Shown: piece by piece, positions 27,399 through 39,055 of the stretch
Layout: each line of letters starts with the position of its first letter
Numbering within the stretch: the stretch's first letter is position 1
Assembly (NCBI GenBank): GCA_040903745.1
Contig: JBBDUV010000093.1
Span: forward strand, 19,421-83,420
Length of the DNA stretch: 64,000 bases
Direction: 5' to 3'
Source of the DNA: Bacteroidales bacterium
GTDB lineage: Bacteria; Bacteroidota; Bacteroidia; Bacteroidales; GCA-2748055
Translations under genes and position numbers: made by a program
The notes under the pieces: model-generated
What the model saw: the letters and a program-made list of their open reading frames with translations, nothing else
Told to the model about the DNA's origin: nothing
Database searches by the model: none

Positions 27399-30371
27399 AT
27401 GAAATACTGGAAAGATATTGATGATTATAAAAATAATGACCTACATAATGCCAATCCTGTCAAATCCCACGAGGAAGAAATCTCACTGTTTGACTTGATT
27501 GAGAACGAATCTACATCCTCCCGAAGAGATTTTCTTAAGATTTTTGGCTTTAGTATTGCAAGCGCTTCTGTTCTTTCCAGTTGCGAAAAGCCGGTAACCA
27601 AAGCCATACCCTATTTAATTCAACCTGAAACAGTTACGCCCGGGGAGTCCGATTATTACGCATCCACCTTTTATGACGGAGAGCAATATGGCAGTATTCT
27701 GGTGAAGGTACGTGACGGCAGACCAATTAAAATAGAGGGCAATGATCTGTCCCGGTTGTCACAGGGCTCTACTTCTCCCATTGTCCAGGCTTCTGTTCTG
27801 GAACTTTATGATGATAACAGGATCAGACAACCGATGATCAACCTTCAGGAGTCAACATGGGAAGCGGTGGATGCAGGAATTGTTGAGAAATTACAGGCCA
27901 TTAAAACCAGGGGTGGTAAAATTGCACTTTTGTCCTCCAGCATTATAAGCCCTTCTACACTTAAAGTGATAGATAGATTTAAGAAAGAATACCCGGGTCT
28001 GAAACATACCATGTACGACCCCGTATCCGTTTCAGGAATACGGGAAGCACATGAAATTACTTTTGGCCTCCGGGCCATTCCCGGATATCAATTTGACAAG
28101 GCCAATGTAATTGTATCATTTAATGCCGATTTCCTTGGTAACTGGCTGGCACCTAATGAATTTGCCAGATCATATATCTCCAGGCGAAAACTTGATGATG
28201 GACAGAAAAGCATGTCGCGTCATATCCAGGTAGAAACCAATTTATCAATGACTGGGAGTAATGCCGACGAAAGAATTTCGATCAGGCCCTCTGAAGAAAA
28301 GATGGCTGTTGCACATCTGTACCATGAATTGTTAAACCTATCTGGTCAAATTCCGGGGACTACACTCCCCGACATGGATCCCGGATTTAAATCTATTGCC
28401 GGGGAATTGTATGAAAACAGAGGGCAATCCCTTGTAATCAGCGGGTCCAATGATACTGAAGTTCAGGTTTTAATCAATTCCATAAACAATTTACTGGGGA
28501 ATTACGGCCAAACACTTGATCTGAACGATCCAATCCTTACAAAGAAAGGCAATGATAAAGAATTGAAAGAATTGGTGGAAGAAATTAATACCGGTGAAAT
28601 AGATGGGATACTATTTTATCACGTAAATCCGGCCTTTGATTTCCCAATAGCCGGTGAAATAAAAAAAGGCATTGAAAATATCGAGTTATCCGTTTCATTT
28701 TCAAACACTTGGGATGAGACTGCGGTCCTGGTTGATTATATTTGTCCGGACCATCACTATCTTGAATCCTGGAATGATGCCAATCCACGGATTGGTCATT
28801 ACAGTTTATGCCAACCAGTAATAAGTCCCATATTCGATACACGGCAGGTGCAGGATAGTTTGCTTCGGTGGTCTGGTGATGAGACTGCCTACCTGGAATT
28901 GATAAAGGAATTCTGGAACAAAGAACTCTTTCCGGCAAGCACAGGGCATTTAAATTTCACGGATTTTTGGAACCATTCACTACAGGATGGTTTTTTTGAG
29001 TCCGGTAATAACAAGCAGTCACGACAACCACGTTTCAGACCATTTTCTTTAAACGGTATACTTGAAAGTTTAAAGTCATCAGGTGGTGGCGATCTGGTAG
29101 AATTACATTTATATGAGAGCAATATAATTGGAACAGGAAAACATACCAATAACCCCTGGCTACAGGAAACCCCTGATCCCATTTCGAAAATTTGCTGGGA
29201 TAATTACGCTGCAGTATCTCCGCTATTTGCAGAGGATCAGCTTCTGAAAACCGGAGATGTTATCCTGATTGACAAGAATCTTGAAATACCGATTCTTATA
29301 CAACCGGGTCAAAAGTACGGCACAATTTCTATTGCACTGGGATATGGAAAGGAGGTAACCGGCAAAGCTGCAAGCGGGATCGGTGCTAACGGTTATTCAA
29401 TGATTGATAACCGGGACGGACAAAGGATATACCACAGATTTGTAGATTTCACAAAGACAGGCAAAAAACATGAATTGGCAATGACCCAATCCCACCATTC
29501 CATGGAGGGCAGGCCGATCATCAGGGAGACCAACCTGGAAGCGTACCTTGAAAACCCTTCAGCCGGCAATGAAATCCGCGAAAACATCCTAAAGCATTTA
29601 GATTCCCCCTATGAGAAACACAATTATGAAGGTCATCACTGGGGAATGGTGATTGACCTCAACTCCTGTATTGGTTGCAACGCGTGCGTAGTTGCCTGCA
29701 CCTCGGAGAATAACGTACCTGTTGTAGGCAGGGAGGAAGTGAAGAAGTCCCGTGAAATGCACTGGATAAGGATAGACAGGTACTATTCGGGTGATCCGGA
29801 AAATCCCTCTGTGCACCAACAACCCGTCATGTGCCAGCATTGTGATAATGCCCCATGCGAAAATGTCTGTCCGGTTGCAGCCACAACACATAGTTCAGAA
29901 GGCCTCAATCAGATGACCTATAACCGGTGTATAGGAACGAGGTACTGTAACAACAATTGTCCGTATAAAGTAAGGCGGTTTAACTGGTTCGATTACAACA
30001 AGGCAGACTCTTTGAAAAACAATACGGTTGATGCAGCGGGAATGACGTTAGACCTGTCAAGAATGGTACTGAACCCTGATGTCACCTTAAGGGCCAAGGG
30101 TGTAATGGAAAAATGTACGTTTTGTGTACAACGGATCGAGGAAAAAAGATTAAAGGCAAAGCTTGACAGAAGGATGTTAAATGATGGCGAAATTAAAACT
30201 GCATGCCAACAGGTTTGTCCAGGTCAGGCAATTGTATTTGGAGACATGAACGACGAATCCAGTAAAGTATCAAAATTAATGAAGGATCAGAGGACTTATC
30301 ATCTGCTTGAGGAGCTCCACACGCTTCCCTCGGTCGGATATTTAACAAAAATAAAGAATAAAACTGTTTAA
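27399..30371 (+). CDS. actB: Alternative complex III subunit ActB (molybdopterin-oxidoreductase-like domain fused to a 4Fe-4S ferredoxin domain)
   Basis: 990 aa. Tat motif SRRDFLK. Cys clusters CIGCNACVVAC, CQHCDNAPCENVCP and CIGTRYCNNNCP. Confidence 0.9.
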   Translation: MKYWKDIDDYKNNDLHNANPVKSHEEEISLFDLIENESTSSRRDFLKIFGFSIASASVLSSCEKPVTKAIPYLIQPETVTPGESDYYASTFYDGEQYGSILVKVRDGRPIKIEGNDLSRLSQGSTSPIVQASVLELYDDNRIRQPMINLQESTWEAVDAGIVEKLQAIKTRGGKIALLSSSIISPSTLKVIDRFKKEYPGLKHTMYDPVSVSGIREAHEITFGLRAIPGYQFDKANVIVSFNADFLGNWLAPNEFARSYISRRKLDDGQKSMSRHIQVETNLSMTGSNADERISIRPSEEKMAVAHLYHELLNLSGQIPGTTLPDMDPGFKSIAGELYENRGQSLVISGSNDTEVQVLINSINNLLGNYGQTLDLNDPILTKKGNDKELKELVEEINTGEIDGILFYHVNPAFDFPIAGEIKKGIENIELSVSFSNTWDETAVLVDYICPDHHYLESWNDANPRIGHYSLCQPVISPIFDTRQVQDSLLRWSGDETAYLELIKEFWNKELFPASTGHLNFTDFWNHSLQDGFFESGNNKQSRQPRFRPFSLNGILESLKSSGGGDLVELHLYESNIIGTGKHTNNPWLQETPDPISKICWDNYAAVSPLFAEDQLLKTGDVILIDKNLEIPILIQPGQKYGTISIALGYGKEVTGKAASGIGANGYSMIDNRDGQRIYHRFVDFTKTGKKHELAMTQSHHSMEGRPIIRETNLEAYLENPSAGNEIRENILKHLDSPYEKHNYEGHHWGMVIDLNSCIGCNACVVACTSENNVPVVGREEVKKSREMHWIRIDRYYSGDPENPSVHQQPVMCQHCDNAPCENVCPVAATTHSSEGLNQMTYNRCIGTRYCNNNCPYKVRRFNWFDYNKADSLKNNTVDAAGMTLDLSRMVLNPDVTLRAKGVMEKCTFCVQRIEEKRLKAKLDRRMLNDGEIKTACQQVCPGQAIVFGDMNDESSKVSKLMKDQRTYHLLEELHTLPSVGYLTKIKNKTV

Positions 30372-30390
30372 TAATTAAGTAAACCTGCCC

Positions 30391-31761
30391 ATGTATGTTT
30401 CACCATTAAGAGAACCGCTGCTAAAAGGTGTAAAATCTTATAAGGGGGTAACAGCAGATATCGCTAAGCCCATTGAAGGAAAACCCGGTAAACTCTGGTA
30501 TTTAGGTATTACGATATCCAGCATAGCCAGTGCTTTAGGGCTTGCTGCTATTATCTACACAATTTGGAAAGGAATTGGAGTGTGGGGTCTGAACCGTACT
30601 GTTGGATGGGGATGGGATATAACCAATTTCATATGGTGGGTGGGTATCGGCCATGCAGGCACCTTCATCTCTGCAATCCTGCTTCTGTTCAGGCAACGTT
30701 GGCGTACGAGCATTAACCGTGCTGCCGAAGCCATGACTATTTTTGCAGTAATGTGTGCCGGCATATTCCCATTAATACATATGGGCCGAATCCTTTACGG
30801 GTTTTTTATTCTGCCCTATCCCAACCCCAGGGGACCGCTTTGGGTAAATTTTAATTCCCCGTTACTCTGGGATGTATTCGCTATCACAGCCTATTTACTG
30901 GTTTCGTTGTTATTCTGGTACGTTGGATTGCTGCCAGATCTTGCCACGATACGCGACCGTGTAAAAACCAGGGTAAAAAAAGCGGTTTACAGTATATTGT
31001 GCCTCGGTTGGACAGGATCTGCCAAACACTGGCAAAGGCACGAGATACTGAGTTTAATGCTTGCAGGGTTAGCCACCCCACTGGTATTATCGGTGCATAG
31101 CATTGTAAGTTTTGATTTTGCCACATCTGTAATCCCGGGATGGCATACAACAATATTCCCACCCTACTTTGTTTCAGGTGCGATCTTTTCAGGATTTGCG
31201 ATGGTTCTGACATTAATGATCATCACCCGGACCGCATTAAACCTGCAAGATTACATTACCCGGGCTCACATAGAGTCCATGAATAAAATAATAATAATAA
31301 CCGGGGGAATAGTTGGTATTGCCTATTTATCCGAGTTGTTCATGGCCTGGTATTCGGGGGTTGAATATGAGCGTTATGTGTTCTTAAATCGTGCTACAGG
31401 TCCTTACTGGTGGGCGTATGTTGCTATGATGACCTGTAATGTTGTATTACCTCAACTGCTATGGATAAAAAAGTTAAGAAGGAGTATTGTTTTTACATTT
31501 ATACTTTCGATTTTTATTAATATCGGTATGTGGTTCGAGCGGTTTGTGATTATCGTAACCTCACTTCATCGTGATTACCTGCCATCAAGCTGGACAATGT
31601 ATAAGCCGACCATTGTTGAGGTTCTTATTTTTGTCGGTACCCTGGGAATATTCTTTACCGGTTTCTTATTGTTTATAAGGTTCTTTCCGGTGATTGCCAT
31701 CGCTGAGGTGAAAGGAATTATTAAGACATCCGCTAAAGAATTTAAAAAAAGTGAAGACTAA
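30391..31761 (+). CDS. actC: Alternative complex III quinol-binding membrane subunit ActC (NrfD/PsrC family)
   Basis: 456-aa polytopic NrfD-like protein directly after actB. Confidence 0.9.
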   Translation: MYVSPLREPLLKGVKSYKGVTADIAKPIEGKPGKLWYLGITISSIASALGLAAIIYTIWKGIGVWGLNRTVGWGWDITNFIWWVGIGHAGTFISAILLLFRQRWRTSINRAAEAMTIFAVMCAGIFPLIHMGRILYGFFILPYPNPRGPLWVNFNSPLLWDVFAITAYLLVSLLFWYVGLLPDLATIRDRVKTRVKKAVYSILCLGWTGSAKHWQRHEILSLMLAGLATPLVLSVHSIVSFDFATSVIPGWHTTIFPPYFVSGAIFSGFAMVLTLMIITRTALNLQDYITRAHIESMNKIIIITGGIVGIAYLSELFMAWYSGVEYERYVFLNRATGPYWWAYVAMMTCNVVLPQLLWIKKLRRSIVFTFILSIFINIGMWFERFVIIVTSLHRDYLPSSWTMYKPTIVEVLIFVGTLGIFFTGFLLFIRFFPVIAIAEVKGIIKTSAKEFKKSED

Positions 31762-31820
31762 GACTATGACAAATTATTGCCTGAAAAGTCTGTACGTTAT
31801 ACATATAAAAACTTCTGAAG

Positions 31821-32336
31821 ATGGAGCATAAACTGGTTTCAGGTTATTTCCTGGATGAAGAGGAATTGGTAGATGCAGTTAAATATTTGAAAGAAAAAAA
31901 AGTAAAGATACGTGATGTGTTTACCCCTTTTCCGGTACACGGTTTAGATAGATTACTCGGTTTGAAAAAATCTGCCATTCCCATGGTGGGCTTCATTTTT
32001 GGGGCAATCGGTGCTGCCGGTGCATTCTTATTTCAAACCTGGGTGTTTACTGAAAGTTACCCGCTTAACATCGGTGGAAAACCTCATTTTGCAGTACCAT
32101 CATTTATTCCGGTAATCTTTGAAACAACAGTTTTATTTGCTGCCCTGGGGATGGTTTTGGCATTTTTACTAAGATCCAAACTAGGCCCGGGAGCAGAGAA
32201 CCGCATCTACGACAACAGGATAACTGATGATCATTTTGTAATATTGCTTGAAGCAGAGGGAAACAACAAAACCGAACAACTGGAAGTTTTTCTGAAAGAG
32301 ACAGGAGCTTTGGGGATAAAGAAAGAACAGCCATAG
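31821..32336 (+). CDS. actD: Alternative complex III subunit ActD (DUF3341)
   Basis: 171 aa. A soluble N-terminal half followed by two TM segments, as in DUF3341/ActD. The position fits. Confidence 0.8.
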   Translation: MEHKLVSGYFLDEEELVDAVKYLKEKKVKIRDVFTPFPVHGLDRLLGLKKSAIPMVGFIFGAIGAAGAFLFQTWVFTESYPLNIGGKPHFAVPSFIPVIFETTVLFAALGMVLAFLLRSKLGPGAENRIYDNRITDDHFVILLEAEGNNKTEQLEVFLKETGALGIKKEQP

Positions 32337-32414
32337 GTGGTAAGATAGCTTGAATAATCAGGGCCAACAAATGATTAAACCGTATAACCTTTGAATCGAA
32401 ACCATTGTTAATAA

Positions 32415-33596
32415 ATGAATTACAGATATAAGATGGAACCTCAGAGATTTATTTTTACAATAAAACAGAAAATATTTTTCATTATTTTGATTTTTATTGG
32501 CATTGCTGCCCTGCTTGCAGGAATTTTCACATTGCCATCAGAAAGAGTCTGGGCGAATGTCCTGTTAAACACCTTTTATTTTCTCTCTTTCTCACTGGCC
32601 GCTGTATTCTTTATCAGTGTTCATATTGTAGGGCAATCCGGTTGGCACACCAGCATTCAACGTATACCTGAGGCCATGGGTGCCTTTTTGCCAGTTTCAG
32701 TTTTATTCATGGTTATAATTGTTGTATTTGGCTTACATGATATATATCACTGGACGCACGAGCCGCTTGACCCGGTATTAGAAGGAAAAAAGGCATACCT
32801 GAACACATGGTTTTTCATAGCAAGGTTGGTCATTTATTTTGCAGGATGGATATTTTTAAGTGCTAAACTCAGGCAACTATCACTGAAGGACGATCACTCC
32901 TTTAATATTACAAATTTCAAAAAAAGCCATGTGTACGCGATCCTTTTTCTTGTATTTTTTGCAATTACAAATTCTACATCGTCATGGGATCTGTTAATGT
33001 CAATCGAACCACACTGGTATAGCACACTGTATGCATGGTATGTTTTCTCTTCACTTTTTGTTAGTGGAATTGCTGTGATAATTCTATTGGTGATCTATTT
33101 AAAATCAAAGAATTATTTGCCACATGTAAATCAAGAGCATTTGCATGACCTGGGTAAATACCTTTTTGGATTCAGTATCTTCTGGATGTATTTGTGGTTC
33201 TCTCAGTTTATGCTTATATGGTATGCCAATATACCCGAAGAAACAATCTATTTTATCAGGCGACAGGAAAATTTCTCAACATTGATGTATATGAATGTTG
33301 CACTTGGGTTTTTTATACCGTTTCTGGCCCTATTGCCCCGAAAATCCCCAAGAAAGAATATGATGATGGTTATTGCCTCTGTTATTGTAATTGCAGGCCA
33401 CTGGATTGATTTTTACCTGGCAGTGATGCCTGGAATTATGGCTGAAGAAGCTGGTATAAATTACCTTGAAATTGGACTGACTGTAGGATATGCGGGGATA
33501 TTTCTATGGGTTGTGTTCAGGGCACTATCAAAAGCATCTCTGGTACCCTTTAATCATCCTTTTATTAAAGAGAGTTTTGAATACCATAATTTATAA
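32415..33596 (+). CDS. actF: Alternative complex III membrane subunit ActF-like
   Basis: 393-aa polytopic membrane protein in the act cluster. Assigned by context and topology, not by a diagnostic motif. Confidence 0.7.
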   Translation: MNYRYKMEPQRFIFTIKQKIFFIILIFIGIAALLAGIFTLPSERVWANVLLNTFYFLSFSLAAVFFISVHIVGQSGWHTSIQRIPEAMGAFLPVSVLFMVIIVVFGLHDIYHWTHEPLDPVLEGKKAYLNTWFFIARLVIYFAGWIFLSAKLRQLSLKDDHSFNITNFKKSHVYAILFLVFFAITNSTSSWDLLMSIEPHWYSTLYAWYVFSSLFVSGIAVIILLVIYLKSKNYLPHVNQEHLHDLGKYLFGFSIFWMYLWFSQFMLIWYANIPEETIYFIRRQENFSTLMYMNVALGFFIPFLALLPRKSPRKNMMMVIASVIVIAGHWIDFYLAVMPGIMAEEAGINYLEIGLTVGYAGIFLWVVFRALSKASLVPFNHPFIKESFEYHNL

Positions 33597-33712
33597 CTGA
33601 TCCTTTTAGGGTAACAATTACAATCAAAACTTACATGAAAAAAAACCAGCCCCTGACAGAAGACCTGGAACCGGTCAAATTATTTTAGCCGAATGGAAAA
33701 AATATGAAATGA

Positions 33713-34288
33713 ATGATGAAATATTTAACTAAAGTAAAAATAGTAGTGGTATTTATTATGGCTGTTATATTTACGGCAGCATGTCACAGAGACAATAACC
33801 ATCCCGGTTATGATTACCTCCCGGAGATGGATATTTCAAGAGCCTATGAAGCCTATTCAGAGAATCCTGTTTTTAAAGACGGAAAAACCATGCAGCCTCC
33901 GGTTAAGGGAACTGTAGCCCGTGGCAAGGTCCCATACCCTTATACGAAAGACGATGAAGATCAGCAACTGGCCGGACAAACAATTTTCAATCCATTGGAA
34001 TATACCAGGGAAAATTTAGAGAGAGGTGAAGTTTCATATAACCGTTTTTGCATTAATTGTCATGGTTCAAAAGGCGACGGTAAAGGTAATCTGTTCACCA
34101 GCGGTGTCTATAAATTTCCTCCCTCAGATTTAACACTGGAAGCAATCAGAAACCAGCCGGATGGTGAATTATACCATGTTATCACCGTTGGAAAAGGAAT
34201 TATGGGAGCACATGGTCCGCAAATTCGACCGGACGACAGGTGGAAGATCATTATGTATGTCCGGGAAGAATTGCAAAAACCTTTATGA
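33713..34288 (+). CDS. actE: Alternative complex III monoheme cytochrome c lipoprotein ActE-like
   Basis: Lipobox FTAAC and a single CINCH heme site, with a downstream Met (IMGAHGP). Confidence 0.75.
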   Translation: MMKYLTKVKIVVVFIMAVIFTAACHRDNNHPGYDYLPEMDISRAYEAYSENPVFKDGKTMQPPVKGTVARGKVPYPYTKDDEDQQLAGQTIFNPLEYTRENLERGEVSYNRFCINCHGSKGDGKGNLFTSGVYKFPPSDLTLEAIRNQPDGELYHVITVGKGIMGAHGPQIRPDDRWKIIMYVREELQKPL

Positions 34289-34651
34289 ACCCCTCTTTAT
34301 TCTGATAAACCTCATAATATATATACCAAGCACAATAAATGAGCTGGTAAGAACTATCATAAATATTATTCCTTTCCTGGTTAACAACATTCCGTCTCCT
34401 GAATTTATTATTAACATCACCAATGCAAAAACGGCAAGTATGAGTGTCAGGAGAACAGCTATATGAGCCACAATCTTATTCTCAAGTTTGATACCCTTTC
34501 CCAGTGACAACAGAATAATTCCAAAGAGAGACGGAATAAGGGCAGTATATTGAAAATCATTTGATTCGAGATAGCGTAAAGTAAAGGCTGTAATTCCTGT
34601 TACCAATAAAAGAAGTGAATAAATCAGATTAACGAAATGTGGATTTTTCAT
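34283..34651 (-). CDS. Hypothetical 4-TM membrane protein
   Basis: 122 aa, strongly hydrophobic, with no recognisable motif. It is convergent with actE and overlaps it by 6 nt. Confidence 0.5.
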   Translation of the reverse strand: MKNPHFVNLIYSLLLLVTGITAFTLRYLESNDFQYTALIPSLFGIILLSLGKGIKLENKIVAHIAVLLTLILAVFALVMLIINSGDGMLLTRKGIIFMIVLTSSFIVLGIYIMRFIRIKRGS

Positions 34652-34814
34652 AGCAATTAGATTGATTTGAAAGAAACAACAAACAGGACATTAAATTGTT
34701 CTTTGCTCTTACCAATTTATATTTCCTGAGGTGAATGTGAAGTTGCCGTCAGTAATCCTTTCAGATTTAGCAATTACTAAATACATAAGCATTTAAAAAA
34801 TACATAAAAATGGA

Positions 34815-35852
34815 TCAGACGTTTCTTTTCCAATCGGTATTCTTCACCCATTGAGTTAGAAAACGGGCGTTTTCAAAGGGTAAACCGGGAATGAAACCGT
34901 GACCCAAATTAAAAATCCAATGCTGGTTCCTGGTGCCAAATTCTATATAATGATGTAATATCTTTTCCATCTCTTCCTGACTGCTATGAAGTAGCCGGGG
35001 ATCAACATTCCCCTGTAATCCGATTTCAGGATGTACCAAGTTGCGTGCCGCAGGAAGGGATGTTTGCCAGTCGATACTAAGAAAATCACAATGGTCCGGT
35101 GTTATTTCAGCAATTCCTGCTCCCAACCCTTTAGGGAAAAAGATGAACGGTATGTTTTCTTCCCGAACAGCAGCTGCGATTTTTTCTACAGAAGGCATAA
35201 ACAATTTTTGATACAGATCGAATGGCAGAACTCCGGCGTGTGTATCGAATAGCTGAAATACGTCCACTCCGTGCCGGATTTGTTCCTTTGCATAAATGAT
35301 GGAGAAATTGGTTATTTCTTCCACCAGTTTTTTAGTTGTGTTCAGATTCTTATAGATATATTTTACAGCATCAGGGAAATCCCCTTTCCGCCCAGGGCCC
35401 TGAAGCATAAACAGCAATACTGTGAGTGGAGCACCGCAAAACCCAATGAGAGGAATATGAGAGGGACGGATTTTGATAATTTCATCCACCACATCGTAAA
35501 TGTAATTGAGTTTTGTAGGATCAGGACTCAGAAAATCAAGTGGATGGCTGCTGTGTGTAAGCGGTGTTTCAAAAACCGGCCCGTCATCTGTATAATCAAG
35601 ACCCATACCCATTGCGAATGGGATCACTAAAATATCGCTAAAAAGGATTGCGGCATCCACCTCCAGTTCGTTTACTGGCAGAAGGGTCACTTCTGCTGCC
35701 ACTTTTGGATGACGTAACATCTGCCAGAAGGTATATTTTTCCTTTAGCTTCAAATATGAGGGCAATATCCGCCCGGCCTGTCGCATGTACCAGACAGGCG
35801 GACGGGAAGTTGGTTTTCCATTCAATGTCTGCAATAAAATGGGTTCTGACAT
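34815..35852 (-). CDS. hemE: Uroporphyrinogen decarboxylase
   Basis: 345 aa with the N-terminal signature RPPVWYMRQAGRILPSY. Confidence 0.93.
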   Translation of the reverse strand: MSEPILLQTLNGKPTSRPPVWYMRQAGRILPSYLKLKEKYTFWQMLRHPKVAAEVTLLPVNELEVDAAILFSDILVIPFAMGMGLDYTDDGPVFETPLTHSSHPLDFLSPDPTKLNYIYDVVDEIIKIRPSHIPLIGFCGAPLTVLLFMLQGPGRKGDFPDAVKYIYKNLNTTKKLVEEITNFSIIYAKEQIRHGVDVFQLFDTHAGVLPFDLYQKLFMPSVEKIAAAVREENIPFIFFPKGLGAGIAEITPDHCDFLSIDWQTSLPAARNLVHPEIGLQGNVDPRLLHSSQEEMEKILHHYIEFGTRNQHWIFNLGHGFIPGLPFENARFLTQWVKNTDWKRNV

Positions 35853-35860
35853 GATCTAAA

Positions 35861-37150
35861 CTATAAGTTTTTTAATCCCAAATAATTTGCTTCTACTGTT
35901 TTCCGGATGTCCTCTTCCGTATGGGCAGCTGAAACGAAACCTGCTTCATATTGGGAGGGTGCAAGGTAAATTCCATTCTCAAGCGAATTACGAAAATATC
36001 TTGCAAAGATACTGGTGTCACAATTTTTTACGTCTGCGAATGATTTTACACTCTCTTCCTCTGTGAAAAAAATTGTAAACATTGACCCCACCCGGTTAAG
36101 GATCCCCTTTATCCCAAGTTCATTCAAGTTGTTCTGCAGTCCTTCTTCGAGTAAAGCAGAGGTTCTTTCAAGGTTCTCATAGAAATTTTCCGTTTCATCA
36201 ATCACGCGTAGTGTAGTAATTCCGGCGGCCATTGCCAAAGGATTTCCGGATAGAGTACCTGCCTGGTAAACAGGTCCTTTTGGGGCCAGCATATCCATTA
36301 ATTCCCTTTTCCCACCGTAGGCACCTACAGGAAGTCCTCCTCCTATGATTTTTCCAAAAGTTGTTAAATCAGGAGTTATCCCAAGTAACTCCTGCGCTCC
36401 ACCTTTGCTTAACCTGAAACCGGTCATTACTTCATCGAAAATCAAGATGGTTTTGTTATCGTCACACAATTTCCGGATGCCCTCGATGAATTTTTTCTCA
36501 GGAACGATAACACCCATGTTCCCGGTAATGGGCTCCAGGATCACAGCGGCAATATGGCCTTTGTGCGTATCAAACAATTGTTCAACTGAACTCAGATCGT
36601 TAAATTGAGCATTAAGTGTATCGCGTGCAGTTCCCTGGGTCACCCCGGGACTGGTTGGCGTTCCGAAAGTAAGGGCACCGGAACCGGCTTCAATTAAAAA
36701 ACTATCGTTATGACCGTGATAGCATCCTTCAAATTTGATAACCAGGTCACGGCCGGTATAGCCTCTGGCCAGGCGTAATGCACTCATGGTTGCTTCGGTT
36801 CCCGAGTTGACCATCCGGACTGATTGGATGGACGGTACCATCCCCTTTATTCGTTCAGCCATTTCAGTCTCAAGTAAAGTTGGTGCCCCAAAACTGGATC
36901 CCCTGGCAGTAGTTTTTTGAATGCTTTCTACTACCTCAGGATGCGCATGGCCCAAAATCATTGGTCCCCAGGAACCTACATAATCAATGTATTCATTTCC
37001 GTCGATATCGGTAACTTTTGAACCGCTGGCTTTGGCAATAAATAAAGGATTGTTGCCTACACTGCCAAAAGATCTGGCAGGAGAATTAACACCACCCGGA
37101 AGGTGTTTTTGAGCCTCTTTAAACGCTTCGATACTCTTTGTGATGTTCAT
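35861..37150 (-). CDS. hemL: Glutamate-1-semialdehyde 2,1-aminomutase
   Basis: 429 aa. Class III aminotransferase blocks [19 protein letters not shown] and [11 protein letters not shown] (PLP Lys). Confidence 0.95.
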   Translation of the reverse strand: MNITKSIEAFKEAQKHLPGGVNSPARSFGSVGNNPLFIAKASGSKVTDIDGNEYIDYVGSWGPMILGHAHPEVVESIQKTTARGSSFGAPTLLETEMAERIKGMVPSIQSVRMVNSGTEATMSALRLARGYTGRDLVIKFEGCYHGHNDSFLIEAGSGALTFGTPTSPGVTQGTARDTLNAQFNDLSSVEQLFDTHKGHIAAVILEPITGNMGVIVPEKKFIEGIRKLCDDNKTILIFDEVMTGFRLSKGGAQELLGITPDLTTFGKIIGGGLPVGAYGGKRELMDMLAPKGPVYQAGTLSGNPLAMAAGITTLRVIDETENFYENLERTSALLEEGLQNNLNELGIKGILNRVGSMFTIFFTEEESVKSFADVKNCDTSIFARYFRNSLENGIYLAPSQYEAGFVSAAHTEEDIRKTVEANYLGLKNL

Positions 37151-37183
37151 ATCAGGTTCTGCTTTTTATTGGTCTGTCATTAT

Positions 37184-38161
37184 CTATAAATCCTCAACAA
37201 TTTCCTGGGTGTGATAGGAAATGATGATATCGGCACCAGCGCGCTTTATCCCTGTAAGCAATTCATGCACAATACGTTTTTCATCAATCCATCCATTGGC
37301 TGCTGCTGCTTTTACCATGGCAAATTCACCACTCACATTATAAGCAGCGACCGGAATGTTGAAATTGGATTTCACCCGGTAAATAACATCCATATAATTC
37401 AATGCGGGTTTCACCATGACGATATCAGCGCCTTCACTGATATCAAGTGCTACCTCGCGCAAAGCTTCATCGCTGTTGGCTGGGTCCATCTGATAGGTCT
37501 TTCTGTCACCAAACTGCGGAGCGCTTTCAGCAGCTTCCCGGAATGGACCGTAAAAGGCAGAAGCATACTTTGCTGAATATGCCATAATGGGAAGGCTATA
37601 AAAACCGTTTTGATCAAGGTCACTGCGAATAGCCTGTACGCGACCATCCATCATATCGCTTGGAGCTACCATGTCGACGCCTTCCTTTGCAAGGGAAACC
37701 GATTGCCTGGCCAATGTTTCCAATGTCAGGTCGTTATCGACATCTCCATCCACTATAGTACCACAATGCCCGTGGGTTGTATACTCACAATTGCAAATGT
37801 CAGCAATCAGATATAAGTCCGGTACCTCTTTTTTCAGTGCCCTGACAGCCTGTTGTACGATACCATTATGATCACAGGCAACTAGTCCGTGTTCATCTTT
37901 CGACTCGGGGATTCCGAAAAGCAATAGCGACTGTACACCCTTATCGTATAACTCTTTGCCTTTTTCTACAAGGAGGTCGACTGATAGTTGAGAATTCCCC
38001 GGCATAGAGGAAATCGGGTTTTTAACGTTCTTCCCCGGGCACACGAAAAGTGGCATTATAAAATCATCTCGGGTGAGGCTGGTTTCTCGAACCATATTTC
38101 TGATTACAGGCGATTTGCGTAAACGACGAAGTCTGGTTTCCGGATACTGCATAATTGTCAT
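37184..38161 (-). CDS. hemB: Porphobilinogen synthase (ALA dehydratase)
   Basis: 325 aa. RLRRLR, IMPLFV and the active-site Lys block [12 protein letters not shown]. Confidence 0.95.
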   Translation of the reverse strand: MTIMQYPETRLRRLRKSPVIRNMVRETSLTRDDFIMPLFVCPGKNVKNPISSMPGNSQLSVDLLVEKGKELYDKGVQSLLLFGIPESKDEHGLVACDHNGIVQQAVRALKKEVPDLYLIADICNCEYTTHGHCGTIVDGDVDNDLTLETLARQSVSLAKEGVDMVAPSDMMDGRVQAIRSDLDQNGFYSLPIMAYSAKYASAFYGPFREAAESAPQFGDRKTYQMDPANSDEALREVALDISEGADIVMVKPALNYMDVIYRVKSNFNIPVAAYNVSGEFAMVKAAAANGWIDEKRIVHELLTGIKRAGADIIISYHTQEIVEDL

Positions 38162-38269
38162 GTTTTAATTTGATATTACTAAAATAGATTGTCTTTAAAT
38201 ATAAAACTGCTTCATCCTTAATATATGAAGGATTTTGAATTAGTTTCCATTATACTCTTACTTGAAATA

Positions 38270-39055
38270 TTAATCATGCTCTTTTTTACTATAAAACCGG
38301 ATAATTGAATCAACTATACCTTTAGATGATGCTTCCCTTGCGTAAACCAGAGGTATAATGCCTGCTTCCCCGACAGCTCTTGAAGTGCTTTCACCGATAC
38401 AGGCAATTCTGATATGTTCGCGTGGTATATTATTCATGTGTTCCAAAAAATTTTGAATTCCTGAGGGACTCGTGATTATAAGCATATCATATTGGTTACT
38501 TATTATCATTTGAAGTACGCTTTCATCTATAGATGCCGGTGCAACTGTCTCATATACATTGATGCGGTAACACCTGGCATGACCACTCAGGCGATCATTG
38601 GTACCAGTACCGGCCAGGTTCCCAAGTGCTAATAAAATATTGGGTTTAAACTTATCACTTGCATTTTTTTGTATAAAAGCCGTTGTAAAATCTTTGCCGG
38701 TGATGCCGGGGTTTACAAATGATGCCGAGTGCCCCAACTTTTTCAACGTTTTTTCGGTTTTTTCTCCTATAACCGCAATTTGAAGCGAATCCGGGAGATG
38801 TTTTGATCCTGTAACGGTATGCAAATTCTTAAAAAAGTACACTACTCCATTCGGGCTGGTAAAAATAAGCCATTGAATATTTTCGAGCTGATTGAATAAC
38901 TCTTTTTCCTTCGAATTTAAATGGGATGGTTGAATCTTTATAAGTGGCCATTCAACCATTTTTGCCCCAGCTGCCTCAAAATGACGGCCCAGCTCATCTG
39001 ACTGTCCCTGTGGCCGTGTTGAAATAAACAACTTATTTTTCAAAAGGAGATTCAT
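38270..39055 (-). CDS. hemD: Uroporphyrinogen-III synthase
   Basis: 261 aa. It overlaps hemC by 4 nt. It has weakly conserved HemD-like two-lobe repeats (IFTSPNGV / IITSPSGI). Confidence 0.8.
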   Translation of the reverse strand: MNLLLKNKLFISTRPQGQSDELGRHFEAAGAKMVEWPLIKIQPSHLNSKEKELFNQLENIQWLIFTSPNGVVYFFKNLHTVTGSKHLPDSLQIAVIGEKTEKTLKKLGHSASFVNPGITGKDFTTAFIQKNASDKFKPNILLALGNLAGTGTNDRLSGHARCYRINVYETVAPASIDESVLQMIISNQYDMLIITSPSGIQNFLEHMNNIPREHIRIACIGESTSRAVGEAGIIPLVYAREASSKGIVDSIIRFYSKKEHD

